Shown in pieces: positions 42,194-54,399 of a stretch of 64,000 bases of DNA. Numbering within the stretch: position 1 is the first letter of the stretch; each line of letters opens with the position of its first letter. The stretch lies in assembly GCF_006345805.1 (NCBI RefSeq), contig NC_042999.1, positions 43,028,001 to 43,092,000 of the forward strand, read 5' to 3'. The translations under genes were made by a program, and so were the position numbers. This DNA comes from Octopus sinensis (Eukaryota). The notes under the pieces are model-generated. The model was not told the origin of the DNA. It ran no database searches and saw nothing but the letters and a program-made list of their open reading frames with translations.

Positions 42194-42894
42194 CTGGAAG
42201 AAACAAAAAGATTTTTTTTTTCAAATTTAAAAACTCAAACGGATTTATTTACACGTCAATATCATTGCCATTATCAATCAACATCATTTTTACCACAACC
42301 ATTCTAAGAATACTTTCATCACCATTTCATCATCATTGATTTTACATTCATTATTTCTACTAACAAAGGTTGGCCTAGCTTGCAGTACAGTAGTGTTATA
42401 CACATCCTCACTAAATGTTTACAACACAACTACTATGACAATACTGCTTTTTCAATGCAGTTCAATTCTTTTCTTTACTAGTGACGTTTATGCTTTAAAA
42501 CGTGTTTGGAATTTCACACCTAGACATCCTTCAAATCAACTTCTCCAATGGCACAGACAGATGTATTTATGAAGGACGCCGGTGCTGAAGAAATTACTTT
42601 GCTGTTTCAGAACATTCTCACTTCCTTCTCTCTCTCTCTCGCTCTCTTAATTGTTCATTCTCAATAAATCCAAAAGGCATTTATGATAAATATTAGTTTT
42701 ACATGAGTCCATCTCTACATCAGTGGTTCTCAACTGGGCTTCCATATGACCCTTGAAGGTCCTTTATGCACAATAAGTTGCTTACACAAAATATTTTAAT
42801 TACTAAGACAATTCCTAATAATATTTAATTATAAAAATACAGTAGGGTCTTTCTTTATATACATATAGAATAGTTATACACATGCGCACACATA

Positions 42895-43222
42895 CAATAC
42901 ACTCATAAAGAGTCCCTTCGGTCATGAATGCACCTAGAAAGTTCCCTTCTGAGATACAAGTCCGTGCAAGGTTGTTTATGGAAGACCAGCAGTTGCCTAA
43001 GCATACCATCCTCCCGCACTCCACGTCACCAATGTTATCCAAGGGTAAGTTAAAATCTGATACGGCTTGCCACCAGGGACATCACGACTCATTTCTACAG
43101 CTGATTGAACTGGAGCAACATGAAGTAAAGCGTCTTGCTCAAGAACACAACACAACCTAGTCCAGGAATCGAACTCATTACCTCCTGATTGTGAACCCAA
43201 TGCTCTAACCACAAAGCCATAC
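42895..43222 (-). mobile_element. tRNA-derived SINE
   Basis: Reverse complement reads tggctttgtggttagagc...gagttcgattcc (A and B boxes), then ttcatgttgctccagttcaatcagctg. Confidence 0.75.
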
Positions 43223-43546
43223 ATAGAAATACACATAAAGCAATTACAGCGTGGAAGAGACATGTATGAGCCATTCAAAAACACATAAAAACTTGTCTTC
43301 ACTGAAACATTTATTATTTGGTGTCAAAATTTCCATTGTGGTTAACTGCATCCCAGACTCAAACCAGTTGTAATGGAACTGAGCCAATGACTAGGGCACA
43401 GCTGTTGTGAGGAAAACTTTGGCACTAAATAATAAATGTTTAATTGACATTAACAGTTTTTGTGTGTTTTTGAATGAATAACAATGTTTCCCATGCTTTT
43501 AGTTCCAACACACAATTTCAGACGAACTCACTTGCTAGACAGATAC

Positions 43547-43597
<51 letters not shown>

Positions 43598-43600
<3 letters not shown>

Positions 43601-44090
43601 ATAAATCCTCGAGTATGTCCGCCCTTGAGTATAATATGAAGGGATTTTTAGGGTACTGTACCTCTGAAAAACCTAAACCTTGTGTATAATACGCACCCCT
43701 TCTCTAACTTGAGTCAAGGAGATCTATATAACGTCCTTGGTTTGTAAAACTGTATACAGTAATGTCCTTTATTATTATTGTAGATATAACATAATGCAAA
43801 CGTGTAGCTTTTTTGCGCATTTTGTTTGTAGAAAATAAAGAAATATCAGTAATAACATTTAATAAATGTTGCTTACTGCAAGTTATGGATGATTCTTTTA
43901 TGACTTCATTGCTTTCAGGTTTAGCTTAAGGTATTTTCATGCCTGACATCACAAAATGCGTCTGAATAAACATTGCCAGACAGCAAATAGAGACTCGGAC
44001 ATTGCTTAGAAAATATTTTTTTCATTTTTAGCCTCGTATATAGTACGCACTAGGGGGGGGGGATGCGGATTATACACAAGGATTTACGGT
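43598..44090. mobile_element. Tc1/mariner-superfamily (Tigger-like) MITE
   Basis: Imperfect TIRs ataaatcctcgagtatgtccgc / gcggattatacacaaggatttacggt. Confidence 0.6.
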
Positions 44091-44143
44091 GTGTGTATAT
44101 ATATATATAATATATATATATATACATACACACATGCACAACC

Positions 44144-44498
44144 ATCCAAATTGAGGGAGTGGTGTAGGTAAAATCCAGACTACATGTTAGTTAGCAGATC
44201 TTCTGATGTAGTAATGACTTCACCAAGGAGTGCTCAGCTATCTACTCACTGAACTAAAGATACCTTAATTATATGAAGGTTACCTTGTTGTTAAGGAATC
44301 CTAAGTTAAAATCGTATCTTCAGCGAGTTAACTTGGGATTTCTTAACGGCAGTGTAGCCTTCATATAATTAAGGTATCTTCAGCCTGGTGAGTAGGTAGC
44401 TGTGTACCCTTCATTATGTAATTATTACATCAGAGGATTTGCTAACTAGGAAACAAATGTAGCCTGCATTTTATCTGCTCCACTACCTTGATTTGGAT
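44144..44498. repeat. ~355-bp imperfect palindrome (foldback element)
   Basis: Nested arms, including a perfect 23-bp pair (44257-44279 / 44358-44380) and a 27-bp pair with 3 mismatches. Confidence 0.85.
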
Positions 44499-45004
44499 TA
44501 GGATTTTTTTTATTATTATTATTAGTTTATTTTAAACATTTTAAAACAGACAGGTTTCTTATCATAAAACAGAGATTGGTATTGCCAGGGTTAAGGAAAA
44601 CCATCAAAGTGCAAACGATTTTTTTCATTAACTCTAATTAGATTAAGATTAATCTCTTCTTTGCAAACTGATCTTAATCTTTTGTTTAATTAATGGAGTT
44701 TATTTATTTATTTTTTTATGTTGTTAAAAATAGATATAGCAAAGCATAGGAATGTGGCTAAGAAGTTTGCTTGGAAATTGACAGACTTCTAAGTTGGATC
44801 ATACTGTATGAAACCTGAGCAATAGTTTTCTACTATAGCTTCAGTACACATCAAGCCTTCTGAGTGAAATTGAGTTGTGGTGAAACCAATGCTAGATTCT
44901 ACCATTCTTGAAGGGTACCACTTAATCCTTCACTTGGTTCAACACCAATAGTCCTTATTTGACTACATATATATATATATATATATATAATATATATATA
45001 TATA

Positions 45005-45188
45005 CATACTTTATTTAAAGCAGCAGAGAATTCAACAAAACCTGTTACTCTGAGGGAGTGGTGTAGGTAAAATCAGAGTAACAGGTTTTGTTGAATTTTC
45101 TGCTGCTTTAGATAAAGCATATTACTCTACCACTGGTATTTGAGTACTCTTTTTTCCACCTTGTTTCACATTTATGTGTTTACTCCAG

Positions 45189-45190
<2 letters not shown>
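45005..45190 (-). mobile_element. Penelope-like terminal-repeat foldback, truncated
   Basis: 38-bp inverted arms 45016-45053 / 45073-45110; 45073-45190 is the reverse complement of 63260-63380. Confidence 0.6.
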
Positions 45191-45250
<60 letters not shown>

Positions 45251-45505
45251 ATAATAATATAATAATAATAATAATAATAGGGGATATAATTCCAAACTTA
45301 CAGGGAAAAATTCAATTTAGCAATTATAACTCAAATTCACAATATATAATATATGTATATAGTTAAGAGAACCTCTCTCTCTTTCGGAGAGGCACAAGCA
45401 CCTACACGCACATATACATACACGGAAGTAACTTCCGCCTGCCGAATTCAATGACAAAACTTCGGTCAGCTCGGGGCTATAGTAGAAGACATGCCCAAAG
45501 TGCCA

Positions 45506-45791
45506 CTCTATTAAGTAATTCAATAGTGAAAGACATTATAAATATTATATAGAAAAAATTTGAATATACTATAATAAATATTATATAGAAAAAATTTGAA
45601 TATACTATAATAAATATTATATAGAAAAAATTTGAATATACTATAATAAATATTATTTTTTAAAAATCACTAAATTAAATTTAATGTTTATTTAATTTAG
45701 TGACTTTTTAAAATAATATTTATTAAAGTATATTTAAATTTTTTCTATATAATATTGATAATGTCTTTCACTATTGAATTACTTAATAGAG
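45506..45791. mobile_element. AT-rich foldback MITE abutting a truncated SINE fragment
   Basis: Perfect 34-bp TIR 45506-45539 / 45758-45791; a 36-bp unit occurs x3 in the left arm. Confidence 0.8.
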
Positions 45792-46331
45792 GTTATTTCT
45801 CTTAATTATATAAATATTAAAAACACAAACGTGATTATTTTACACTATCTCCAGCAGAATACTTGCCTGGAACCCAGACATCTAAAAGAAATAGGCATGG
45901 CAGCTGAAACCAGGTGAAGGTGGCTGTGGTGGGCAAGAGACCACAGAACCCTTCCACAGGTGAAGATTAATTCAGCTCTTAAACATATTCCCATACCTGT
46001 GCTTCTGTCTCTTTGTGTGCTTGTGAGTGTGTGTATGAAAACATGTGGCCTAGAGTTAGGCTTTCACGTAGTCCCCTGGAGCAAGGCACTTCATTTCATA
46101 TTGCTCCGGTCTACTCAGCTGAAAATGAGTGCCATCTGAGTGCTAGTGCAACGCTCTCTTTCTCCAGCTCGGATTTTTGATGTTCCATTGGGTCAAGAGT
46201 AGGAAGGTTGATTGAGAGGATGACAATGTCAGCTTGTAATCACATGAGCACCTAAAACAATTAGTGAAAGCAGGGTACATGCTACCAAGTCATGCTCATT
46301 TGCAACAGCTATCTATGGTTTTTGGTTCATG

Positions 46332-46372
<41 letters not shown>

Positions 46373-46614
46373 GATGATAGCCATCTCACATTGAGCCTGA
46401 GTATGCTGATTTGCTTTTATCTTTATGTGTGTAGATATGACTACAATGTTATCACACATCTATTGCCATAGGTCTTTACAAAATACAAAACAGATCAAGA
46501 AATGAAATGATAGTGAGATATCTGTAAATTATAGGATTATAGGGTTTAAGTGATAAAAGTTTGTACAACACTTTTGCCACTCTCTCAGTTGCCATAGTAG
46601 GTTCCAGTGAGAGG

Positions 46615-46822
46615 CATGAAGAGGTGCTGAAAAGTTCCTGGGTATCACGAAAGGCCTAGGTAGAGGCCCAGCCTTCTGAGTTCTTTTACAGGGCTTAGAA
46701 AAACTAAAGGGCCGCTACAATAAGAGTGTGAATCTGAGAGGGGAATATGTTGAATAAAATCATAACTGATCCTTCTGAATTTTCTTTTACGTAAAGCCAG
46801 GTATTTTTCATCACCCACTCAT
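46615..46822 (+). mobile_element. mariner deletion derivative
   Basis: TIRs ggtgctgaaaagttcctgg / ccaggtatttttcatcacc; the interior encodes a mariner-type C-terminus, LQGLEKLKGRYNKSVNLRGEYVE*. Confidence 0.8.
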
Positions 46823-46950
46823 ATTGCAAAATAACTGGTACTATTTTGACTGCATGGTTTGTAGTCAAAGTAACTTTCTCCTACAACATCTGCTTTCGAC
46901 ATGGTTTTGACAAAAATAATGTTATTATAATTTGAGTTTTGAATAATATA

Positions 46951-47180
46951 TTTCTTTACTACCCACAAGGGGCTAAACATAGAGGGGACAAACAAGGACA
47001 GACAAAGGGATTAAGTCGATTACATCGACCCAGTGCGTAACTGGTACTTTATTTATCGACCCCGAGAGGATGAAAGGCAAAGTCGACCTCAACGGAATTT
47101 GAACTCAGAACATAACGACAGACGAAATACGGCTATGCATTTCACCCGGCATACTAACGTTTCTGCCACCTCGCCGCCTT
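46951..47180 (-). mobile_element. Young full-length Nin/Deu SINE with target duplication
   Basis: The 14-bp direct repeat tttgagttttgaat occurs at 46931-46944 and 47183-47196. Confidence 0.9.
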
Positions 47181-47340
47181 GTTTTGAGTTTTGAATCATA
47201 AGTAGCTCTCACAATGTCAATATTACCGATGTCACATACTGAATGTATGTGTTTTGTTTATATGCTTATTTTCTGCAGGAATGCATCAGGGGAAATCGAT
47301 ATCCAGCATTCTCGTTCACCTGCAGGGCAAGTAGTCTCAC

Positions 47341-47413
47341 CTGGTTTGAGGTATTCTGTCTTCTTAATACTCAGCAATTTAAAGGGACTTTTCCCCTTGG
47401 TGCAATCTTGCAG
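47341..47413 (-). CDS. Possible upstream coding exon (LQDCTKGKSPFKLLSIKKTEYLKP)
   Basis: Strong donor cag|gtgaga. The phase-1 end gives ...KP-D-LFPFL with the next exon. The acceptor (catattag) is weak, so the 5' boundary and the exon itself are uncertain. Confidence 0.3.
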
Positions 47414-48544
47414 CTAATATGTGCTTACACAAAACATACATACATAACATAAGCAATGCTGATATTTTATTTTATTTATATATATATATATATATATAGG
47501 CTATATTTATTTATTTATTGTCTTCATCTACTGTTTCATTTCAAATTACTGTTGTTTACTTTTGTACATCCAACCTGTATTATTTTGTTTGCCCGAACCC
47601 TAATTCTCAGCAAATCTTGTGAGTGCTGCTGAGATATTTAGTTCCTAGTCTAATTGTTAAAGGCTTGAAACTAGGTATTAGTATTTTTCAGTCAATAACT
47701 GCCAAAGTATTATGGTTCTGGTGTCTGTTCTAGGTGTACATTTTGTAGTATTTAATGAATATTTTATTTATCATATATATATATATAGTGGTGTATAATT
47801 TGTAGAAAGCAGAAGATACAACTGAATATCTCAGATGGATTGTAAGCATATATCCAATAAAATCTATGATGTTTCTTGACATTCCTAGTCATAAAAAAGC
47901 ATCTGTGTAATCCTTTAGCTCTGCCCCTTCAGAGATGAATGAAATGAATAATTCCTTACTTGAATAATAAGGATATCCAGCTGTAAAACAATTGTGTCAA
48001 TAATGTGTACTCATCTAACCCATGCTAACATATGGAGAAGAAAAGAAAAAATGGATGCAAAATAAATGAAGGAAATATAAACACTGATCTTTTTATGCAT
48101 GCATGAGTGTAGTGGTTTATTTGTTAGTGTAACTGATCTTACACCTGGATGCCTTTACTGCTGCAAACAACTCAACCGTCAAATAAGACCTCCCCACTCC
48201 CTTTATCTGGTGTGTGTGCGTGTGAAGTAGTAAGTCAAGCAAAGACAAGGCAAAGACAGTTAAGTGCCTTGCTCTCAGATGCAACACAATGAACATATCA
48301 AGTCCTAAACTTGTGACAATGTGACTAATAGTCCAGCACCTTCAAAACTGCTGCACATCACAATCTAAAAGACAAATTATTTCTCTCACAACTGTTATTA
48401 TGATATAGTGAAATCCATCTGCATGTCTGTCTGTAACATAACTACAGGTTTGGTTTGCAATCCCAACTCTCTCTTTCATTCTCTCCCCATATAATGAATG
48501 CACTCAGACACACAAACATATATATATATATGTATATCGAATTG

Positions 48545-48880
48545 AACCAGCCAGGATCCCTGGTCTGGTGGTACGTAAAAAGCACTATCCGACTCGTGGC
48601 CGATGCCAGCGCCGCCTCGACTGGCTTCCGTGCCGGTGGCACGTAAAATACACCAATCCAACCGTGGCCGTTGCCAGCCTCGCCTGGCACCTGTGCAGGT
48701 GGCACGTAAAAAGCACCCACTACACTCACGGAGTGGTTGGCGTTAGGAAGAGCATCCAGCTGTAGAAACATTGCCAGATAAGACTGGAGCCTGGTGCAGC
48801 CTTCTGGCTTCCCAGATCCCCGGTCGAACCGTCCAACCCATGCTAGCATGGAGAACGGACGTTAGATGATGATGATATAT
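48545..48880 (+). mobile_element. RTE 3' UTR fragment (left arm of an inverted pair)
   Basis: Family match; (GAT)n tail runs into (AT)n. Confidence 0.85.
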
Positions 48881-48890
48881 ATATATATCA

Positions 48891-49080
48891 TCATCATCAT
48901 CATCATCATCATTTAGCGTCCGTTTTCCATGCTAGCATGGGTTGGACGGTTCAACTGGGGTCTGGGGAGCCCGAAGGCTGCACCAGGCCAGTCAGATCTG
49001 GCAGTGTTTCTACAGCTGGATGCCCTTCCTAACGCCAACCACTCCGAGAGTGTAGTGGGTGATTTTATGTGCCACCGACA
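48891..49080 (-). mobile_element. RTE 3' UTR fragment (right arm of an inverted pair)
   Basis: Family match in reverse orientation. Confidence 0.85.
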
Positions 49081-49504
49081 TATAAATATTGCTCAACAAA
49101 ATTGCTTAAAACATTAAGCTATCATTAGTGAAAATAAAAAAATTTCTTTTTTTAAAAAGACTAAGTTTATTTATCACAAAATGGAAAGAAAATAATGAGT
49201 ATTAATTCATCAAATTTTTTATCAGAAAAACTAACGAATATTAATTTTCCTTTGTTAAATTTGAATATATTACTTTCTTTACAATACAACTAATGTTTAC
49301 ACATGGTTGGTTGTATGATGCTCTCAGTAGAGCTGGGGGTGAATGCATCAGAGAAAAAGATCAGTTTATTTATAGCAAAGGGATCTCACAGGCATCCCAA
49401 TCCTGAAAATGTTGAATTCACTAAAAATATTGTATACACAGACATCAATTGTCAAAATTTCCTGTCTGTTGTTTGCTGTATACTGTACTGTATATAGATA
49501 TTTA

Positions 49505-49820
49505 TATACATTTGAAACAATCTATTTCTGCATGCTCTTAGTGTTTACTACCACAGTTCACCTGCAGCATATGAAATCTACCTTCTCTGTTAGCCTGCCT
49601 TTGATCTCGCTACACTTTTTGCATCATCACCATCACCATCATTGTTTAATGTCTGCTTTCCATGCTGGCAAGGGTTGGACAGTACGACATGAAACAGGTC
49701 AGCTGGGAACTGTCCAGACCCCAACTGTCTGTTGTTGCATGGTTTCTATGGCTGGATGCCATTCCTAACACCAACCACTTAACAGAGTGCGCCAGGTGCT
49801 TTTTATGTGCCGCCAGCATG
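49505..49820 (-). mobile_element. RTE 3' UTR piece (49622-49820) adjacent to a short RTE ORF piece (49505-49625)
   Basis: 49505-49625 aligns to 50745-50858 and reads on the minus strand ...KCSEIKGRLTEKVDFICCR. Confidence 0.65.
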
Positions 49821-50519
49821 GAGATGTAAGTCCATTGAATTATACATGTTCACCTTACAAAATTTCCTGTTAGTCGTTTGTTGTATATGGTATATATTTT
49901 TACCTATCAAAGGTTTCGTTTATTTCAATATTGCTTCCCCATGTTTTACTTAATCCTTTGTTGAATATATATCTATATTTCAATGAAACAAAGTATCACT
50001 TATTCTGGGCATAAAACAATAGGTCATGCACTAATTAAAATAGAAATAACTTGCACACTTACGAGAAAGTGAAAGGCTGTTAGGGCTAAATTTGGGGGCC
50101 AGTGGCACGGGTTTCACATTGCTGCAATGAGAAAAATTAAAACAATGTTAGTTATAAAAGCATGAAGAAAAAAATAGCCAACAAAAAGGAAAAGGTATTA
50201 ATTATTACTTCTAATATAGACATAAAAGTACTGAATTTTAAAGGGAGGGAATAATCAATAAGAATGATAACAACCCTCCCACCAGACTGTCATTAGGTAC
50301 TTATTTTATTGACTCCAGAAGGATGAAAGTCAATGTTCACTGACTGAGACTGTATTTGAACCCAGAATGTGAAGAAACTCACAAAATTAAATATTGCAAG
50401 CAATTTGTCAAAAAAAACAATTGTTTATAATACATTTACAAGGCCTACAATTTTGAGAGAAAGGGTTGGCCAATTAAGTTGATCACAGTAACTAGGGTTG
50501 CTTTAATTAGGGTCTTCAA

Positions 50520-51335
50520 AACTCATGTCCATGTCACGCTGCCATGCAGGAATGCACTTTGCACACAACCTACACTTGATCTTGAGGAGTAAGCCCTTTG
50601 CTACCAGCAGAAGTAATAGTGCTCTCAACATTCACTAGTCCGTTCTTCTTCAAGTTACCACACTTTTAGAATAATCACCTCCACTGCTAATTTGGTTACC
50701 CAAGGAGCAAAAGCTATCAACTACTATTAGGGAGCTGTCTTGGTATTTGAGAGACTATTATTGCATGCTCATAGTGTTTACTACTCCAGTGCACCTGCTG
50801 CATATGAAACCTACCTTTTCTGTTAGCTTACCATTGACCCCTCTACATCTTTTGTATGTTCATTTGACTACACAGGTACACCATGCAGAATTTCTACCTG
50901 CTCCTTTACTGAAGGAAAAGCTTGACCATTTCCCCAATGTTATAAGTGTCCTGTCATTCTTCCAATTTACTAAAACTGATGTTTTCACTAAGTTTACTTT
51001 AAGGCCCTTCAATTCCAGATTTTGCTACCCTATCTAAAATTTCAGTTTCAGACTTCAGAATTTGCTACAAGAGCTAAGTGTAGAGTATACAAAAGTTCCC
51101 AAGGGCAGCCAATTTTAAATCATTTTATAATGCTTGAAGGATTATAATAACTATGGGGGCTGAGAACTGGGTCTTGATGTCCCCTCACCTGCACACTAAA
51201 TTTATTGTTGAATGCTCTTTCATACATAGCTTGTATGGCCTTCACAAGCCATTCACCTATTTCTAGCAACCAAGCAAATCGATCAATTAGTTGCAGTCCT
51301 TGACTAGTACTCATGCATTCCACACATATTAATCT
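50520..51335 (-). pseudogene. Decayed RTE-clade LINE reverse-transcriptase fragment
   Basis: Minus-strand translation gives GEWLVKAIQAMYE..FSVQVRGHQDPVLSP, LELKGLKVNLVKT, a Cys-rich block and IVVDSFCSLG..SSGG; contains stops and frameshifts. Confidence 0.8.
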
Positions 51336-52629
51336 TTAGACTTATATATATGTAAACACCAACATTAGTTTGTCTTTTATTAATCTGTCTTTATCACGCT
51401 GCTAATTGTGTCAGACTTGATAAACACCTTCCTCATTAATTCTATACAATCCTGTTGTTGATTAGCTCTAAGTCATCTCCCGTCAAGAAAATCGAGCATC
51501 AAAAGTAATTCAACCATGAGAAACTTGCATCCCCGCCACCCCCAGATAATAGTGAGATCTAGGTTAACAAAGACAGAAAATTTATCATCTTTTTACCCCA
51601 AGGAAGAGAATATCTAGTACATCATTATCCAATGTGTCATTTTTTTTAAAGATGATAAGGTTTGCATCAATGAAGATTTTGACTTCTATTTCTAGCAGAC
51701 CAAGTGACAACATAAGGGTTCCCTCCGCACACTTATGGTAAACAGGTAGGCTGTCAATAGCCACATACCTGAAACACTTTGGAAATGTGAGAAGAGGGGT
51801 GAGGGGGATAGATAACATGAGAATGATACTGTTGAGAAAGGTGGTGGTGGTGGTGATGGTGGTGGTGCTACTGTTTCTTAGCTGTGACATACTCAATTGT
51901 ACTATATATGCCAACTCCATTTTCAAGGAAGATAATGAGGTCACCGACAACAGCATTAATTGATGCTGCCATTTGTAGTTTGTCAACTTCATTAGGATCA
52001 TCCTTAGCAGCAGCAGCAGCAGCATTTATAGTCAAGCAGTTAATTAGTGACAGTATATTGTTCTTGTTCAACTCGAGGTCAAGAACTGTTTGATTGGACC
52101 TATGATCAGTGGCATTCCAGCCATGACTCTCTGGTCTGTTTTTTTAAAGAGAGTGCATTATCTAACAGGCAACGTGTCCTTCAATCAATCTATTAAGATA
52201 AAAGAGTGTAAATTAAAGAAGATTTGGATACTACAAGATGTAGCAACTATACAAAGCACTCTTCTTGACTTGGTGTAGTAGTAGTAGTTGTTGTTGACTG
52301 GTAATCAACAAGGTTTGCTTTCTCTATTGTCAATAGTATCAACAATACACCGATTACAATGGAAGTGACAAAATGGAGAGGTGGAGAAGGAAGAGGTCGT
52401 CTAATTCATTAACCAGCAAGAAAGTCTTCTAATTTGTTAATTGGCAAAGAGGTTTCTAATCTGTTAATCACTATTCAATTGTTTCTGTGATTTCCAACTT
52501 CACCTAAAACAACTAAAAACTTCCACATCTAAATATCAACACAACAACCAGTACCAACAGCACACAAAACAGCATCAACACTACCTTAAAGTGTGTGCAT
52601 GCATGTATATGTGTATGTTAATATCAAAC

Positions 52630-53088
52630 AGTGGCTGCCATCCAGACAATGGGCAGGGCATGTCTCCAGAATGGAGAACCACCGCCTTCCTAAGATTGCC
52701 CCCTTTGGCGAACTCTCCTCCGGCCACAGTGTGAGAGGAGCACCGAGGAAGTGCTACAAAGACAGCCTCAAGAAGTCTCAAATAGCATGTCATATTGACC
52801 ACCAATGCTGGTCAGACCTAGCTGCGGACCGTGATGCCTGGCGCCACACGATCATCAGTGCAGTCAGCTAGTTTGAGGTACAAAGAAAAGAAGCGCTTAA
52901 AGACAAGAGACGCAGGAGGAAGGCACGAGCCGCCTCTGACACCACACTGGATGTTACCTTCGTCTGTGGACACTGCTCACGGACCTGCCTTTCCCGTATC
53001 GAACTTGTCAGTCATGAGTATGCGTGCGACGTGGACAGCCTTCCTGATCTTCGTTCGCGAAACCGAGCCATGATATATGATATGATGA
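52630..53088 (+). mobile_element. 5'-truncated RTE (BovB-like) LINE 3' end
   Basis: WAGHVSRMENHRLPK...DLAADRDAWR...FVCGHCSRTCLSRIELVSHEYAC (C-terminal C2H2-like motif); one in-frame TAG at 52869-52871; tgata-type tail. Confidence 0.9.
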
Positions 53089-53495
53089 GGAATATCAAAC
53101 AGTGAGAATGAGTGCTTAGTGCTATATTGGTAGATGGATATTCTTTATTTGTGGATCAACAAGGCTACCAATGGTTTCATGTAAAGAGGAATCTTTCAAC
53201 AGGTGTAGCTTTGTGTAGTCTCGTCCAAAACGGAGATGAGTACCAATATTCCCATGTCGCAAGCTTGATAATTGTTAAGAGACTCATCTTTACATGAAAC
53301 CACTAGTCGCCACGTTAACACACAAATAAAATGCACACACATGCATACATATATGAATGATACATGCAAGGGCAGGGCTGATAATCAATATGTCTCCCAC
53401 AGAAAACAAAGACCGAGTCTCTGAAAGCTTTCTGAAAACAAAGGAGCTTTGTTATAATTATAAGCTGTGAGCTATACAGAACACCACAGCTTTAA

Positions 53496-53708
53496 CCCTT
53501 AAGCATTCAGATTACTTTGTCAAGTGTAATGCTTAATTATTCATGTTGTTTTGAATTAATCATGCAAGGTCTTGTAGCTTTGAGATTTCAGTGATGTGAT
53601 TGTTTATTTTTAGAATGGCATTGTAAGGTAAGCGTGAAATGCTGGATTCATTCAGTTTAAATGTAAGAATATTTTGAGCTGGATATGGCCGGTTTAAATG
53701 CCAAAGGG
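53496..53708. mobile_element. piggyBac-type MITE (its 3' part is duplicated at 54173-54318)
   Basis: TTAA|CCCTTAAGCATT...AATGCCAAAGGG; same family as 7907. Confidence 0.7.
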
Positions 53709-53733
53709 TGAAGCCCAGAAATCTCATGTTAGT

Positions 53734-53944
53734 CTTTACTCTTACTCTTTTACTTGTTTCAGTCATTTGACTGCAGCCATGCTGGAGCACCACCTTTAGT
53801 CGAGCAAATCGACCCCGGGACTTATTCTTTGTAAGCCCAGTACTTATTGTATCGGTCTCTTTTGCCAAACCGCTAAGTGACGGAGACGTAAACACACCAG
53901 CATCGGTTGTCAAGCAATGCTGGGGGGACAAACACAAACACACA

Positions 53945-53982
<38 letters not shown>

Positions 53983-54172
53983 TATATACACACACACACA
54001 CACACATATATACGACAGGCTTCTTTCAGTTTCCGTCTACCAAATTCACTCACAAGGCATTGGTCGGCCCGAGGCTATAGTAGAAGACACTTGCCCAAGG
54101 TGCCATGCAGTGGGACTGAACCCGGAACCATGTCGTTGGTAAGCAAGCTACTTACCACACAGCCACTCCTGC
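53734..54172 (-). mobile_element. Young full-length CORE-like SINE
   Basis: Intact head ggagtggctgtgtggtaag...ggttcagtccc and (aagagtaa)-type tail. Confidence 0.9.
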
Positions 54173-54399
54173 CTTGTAGCTTTGAGATTTCAGTGATGTG
54201 ATTGTTTAGTTTTAGAATGGCATTGTAAGGTAAGCGTGAAATGCTGGATTCATTCAGTTTAAATGTAAAACGGGTAGAATATTTTGGGCTGGATATGGCC
54301 GGTTTAAATGCTCAAAGGTGAAGCCCAGAAATCTCATGTTAGTTACATATGTTACAACAATGTGTTTCAGTTTATTTTGGCTGTAAAATCCTACTTGCT

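Noticed and set aside
45540-45650. CRISPR-like 36-bp repeats
   Set aside because: They are directly tandem with no spacers, in a eukaryotic foldback element.
47279-47350. Plus-strand exon-like segment (ttttctgcag...gag|gtattc)
   Set aside because: No partner exons or recognisable product; it overlaps the minus-strand candidate.
51868-52071. ORF with poly-Ala (NAAAAAAKDDPNEVD...)
   Set aside because: It derives from a (CAG)n tract, has no clear splice sites and shows no FoxN similarity.
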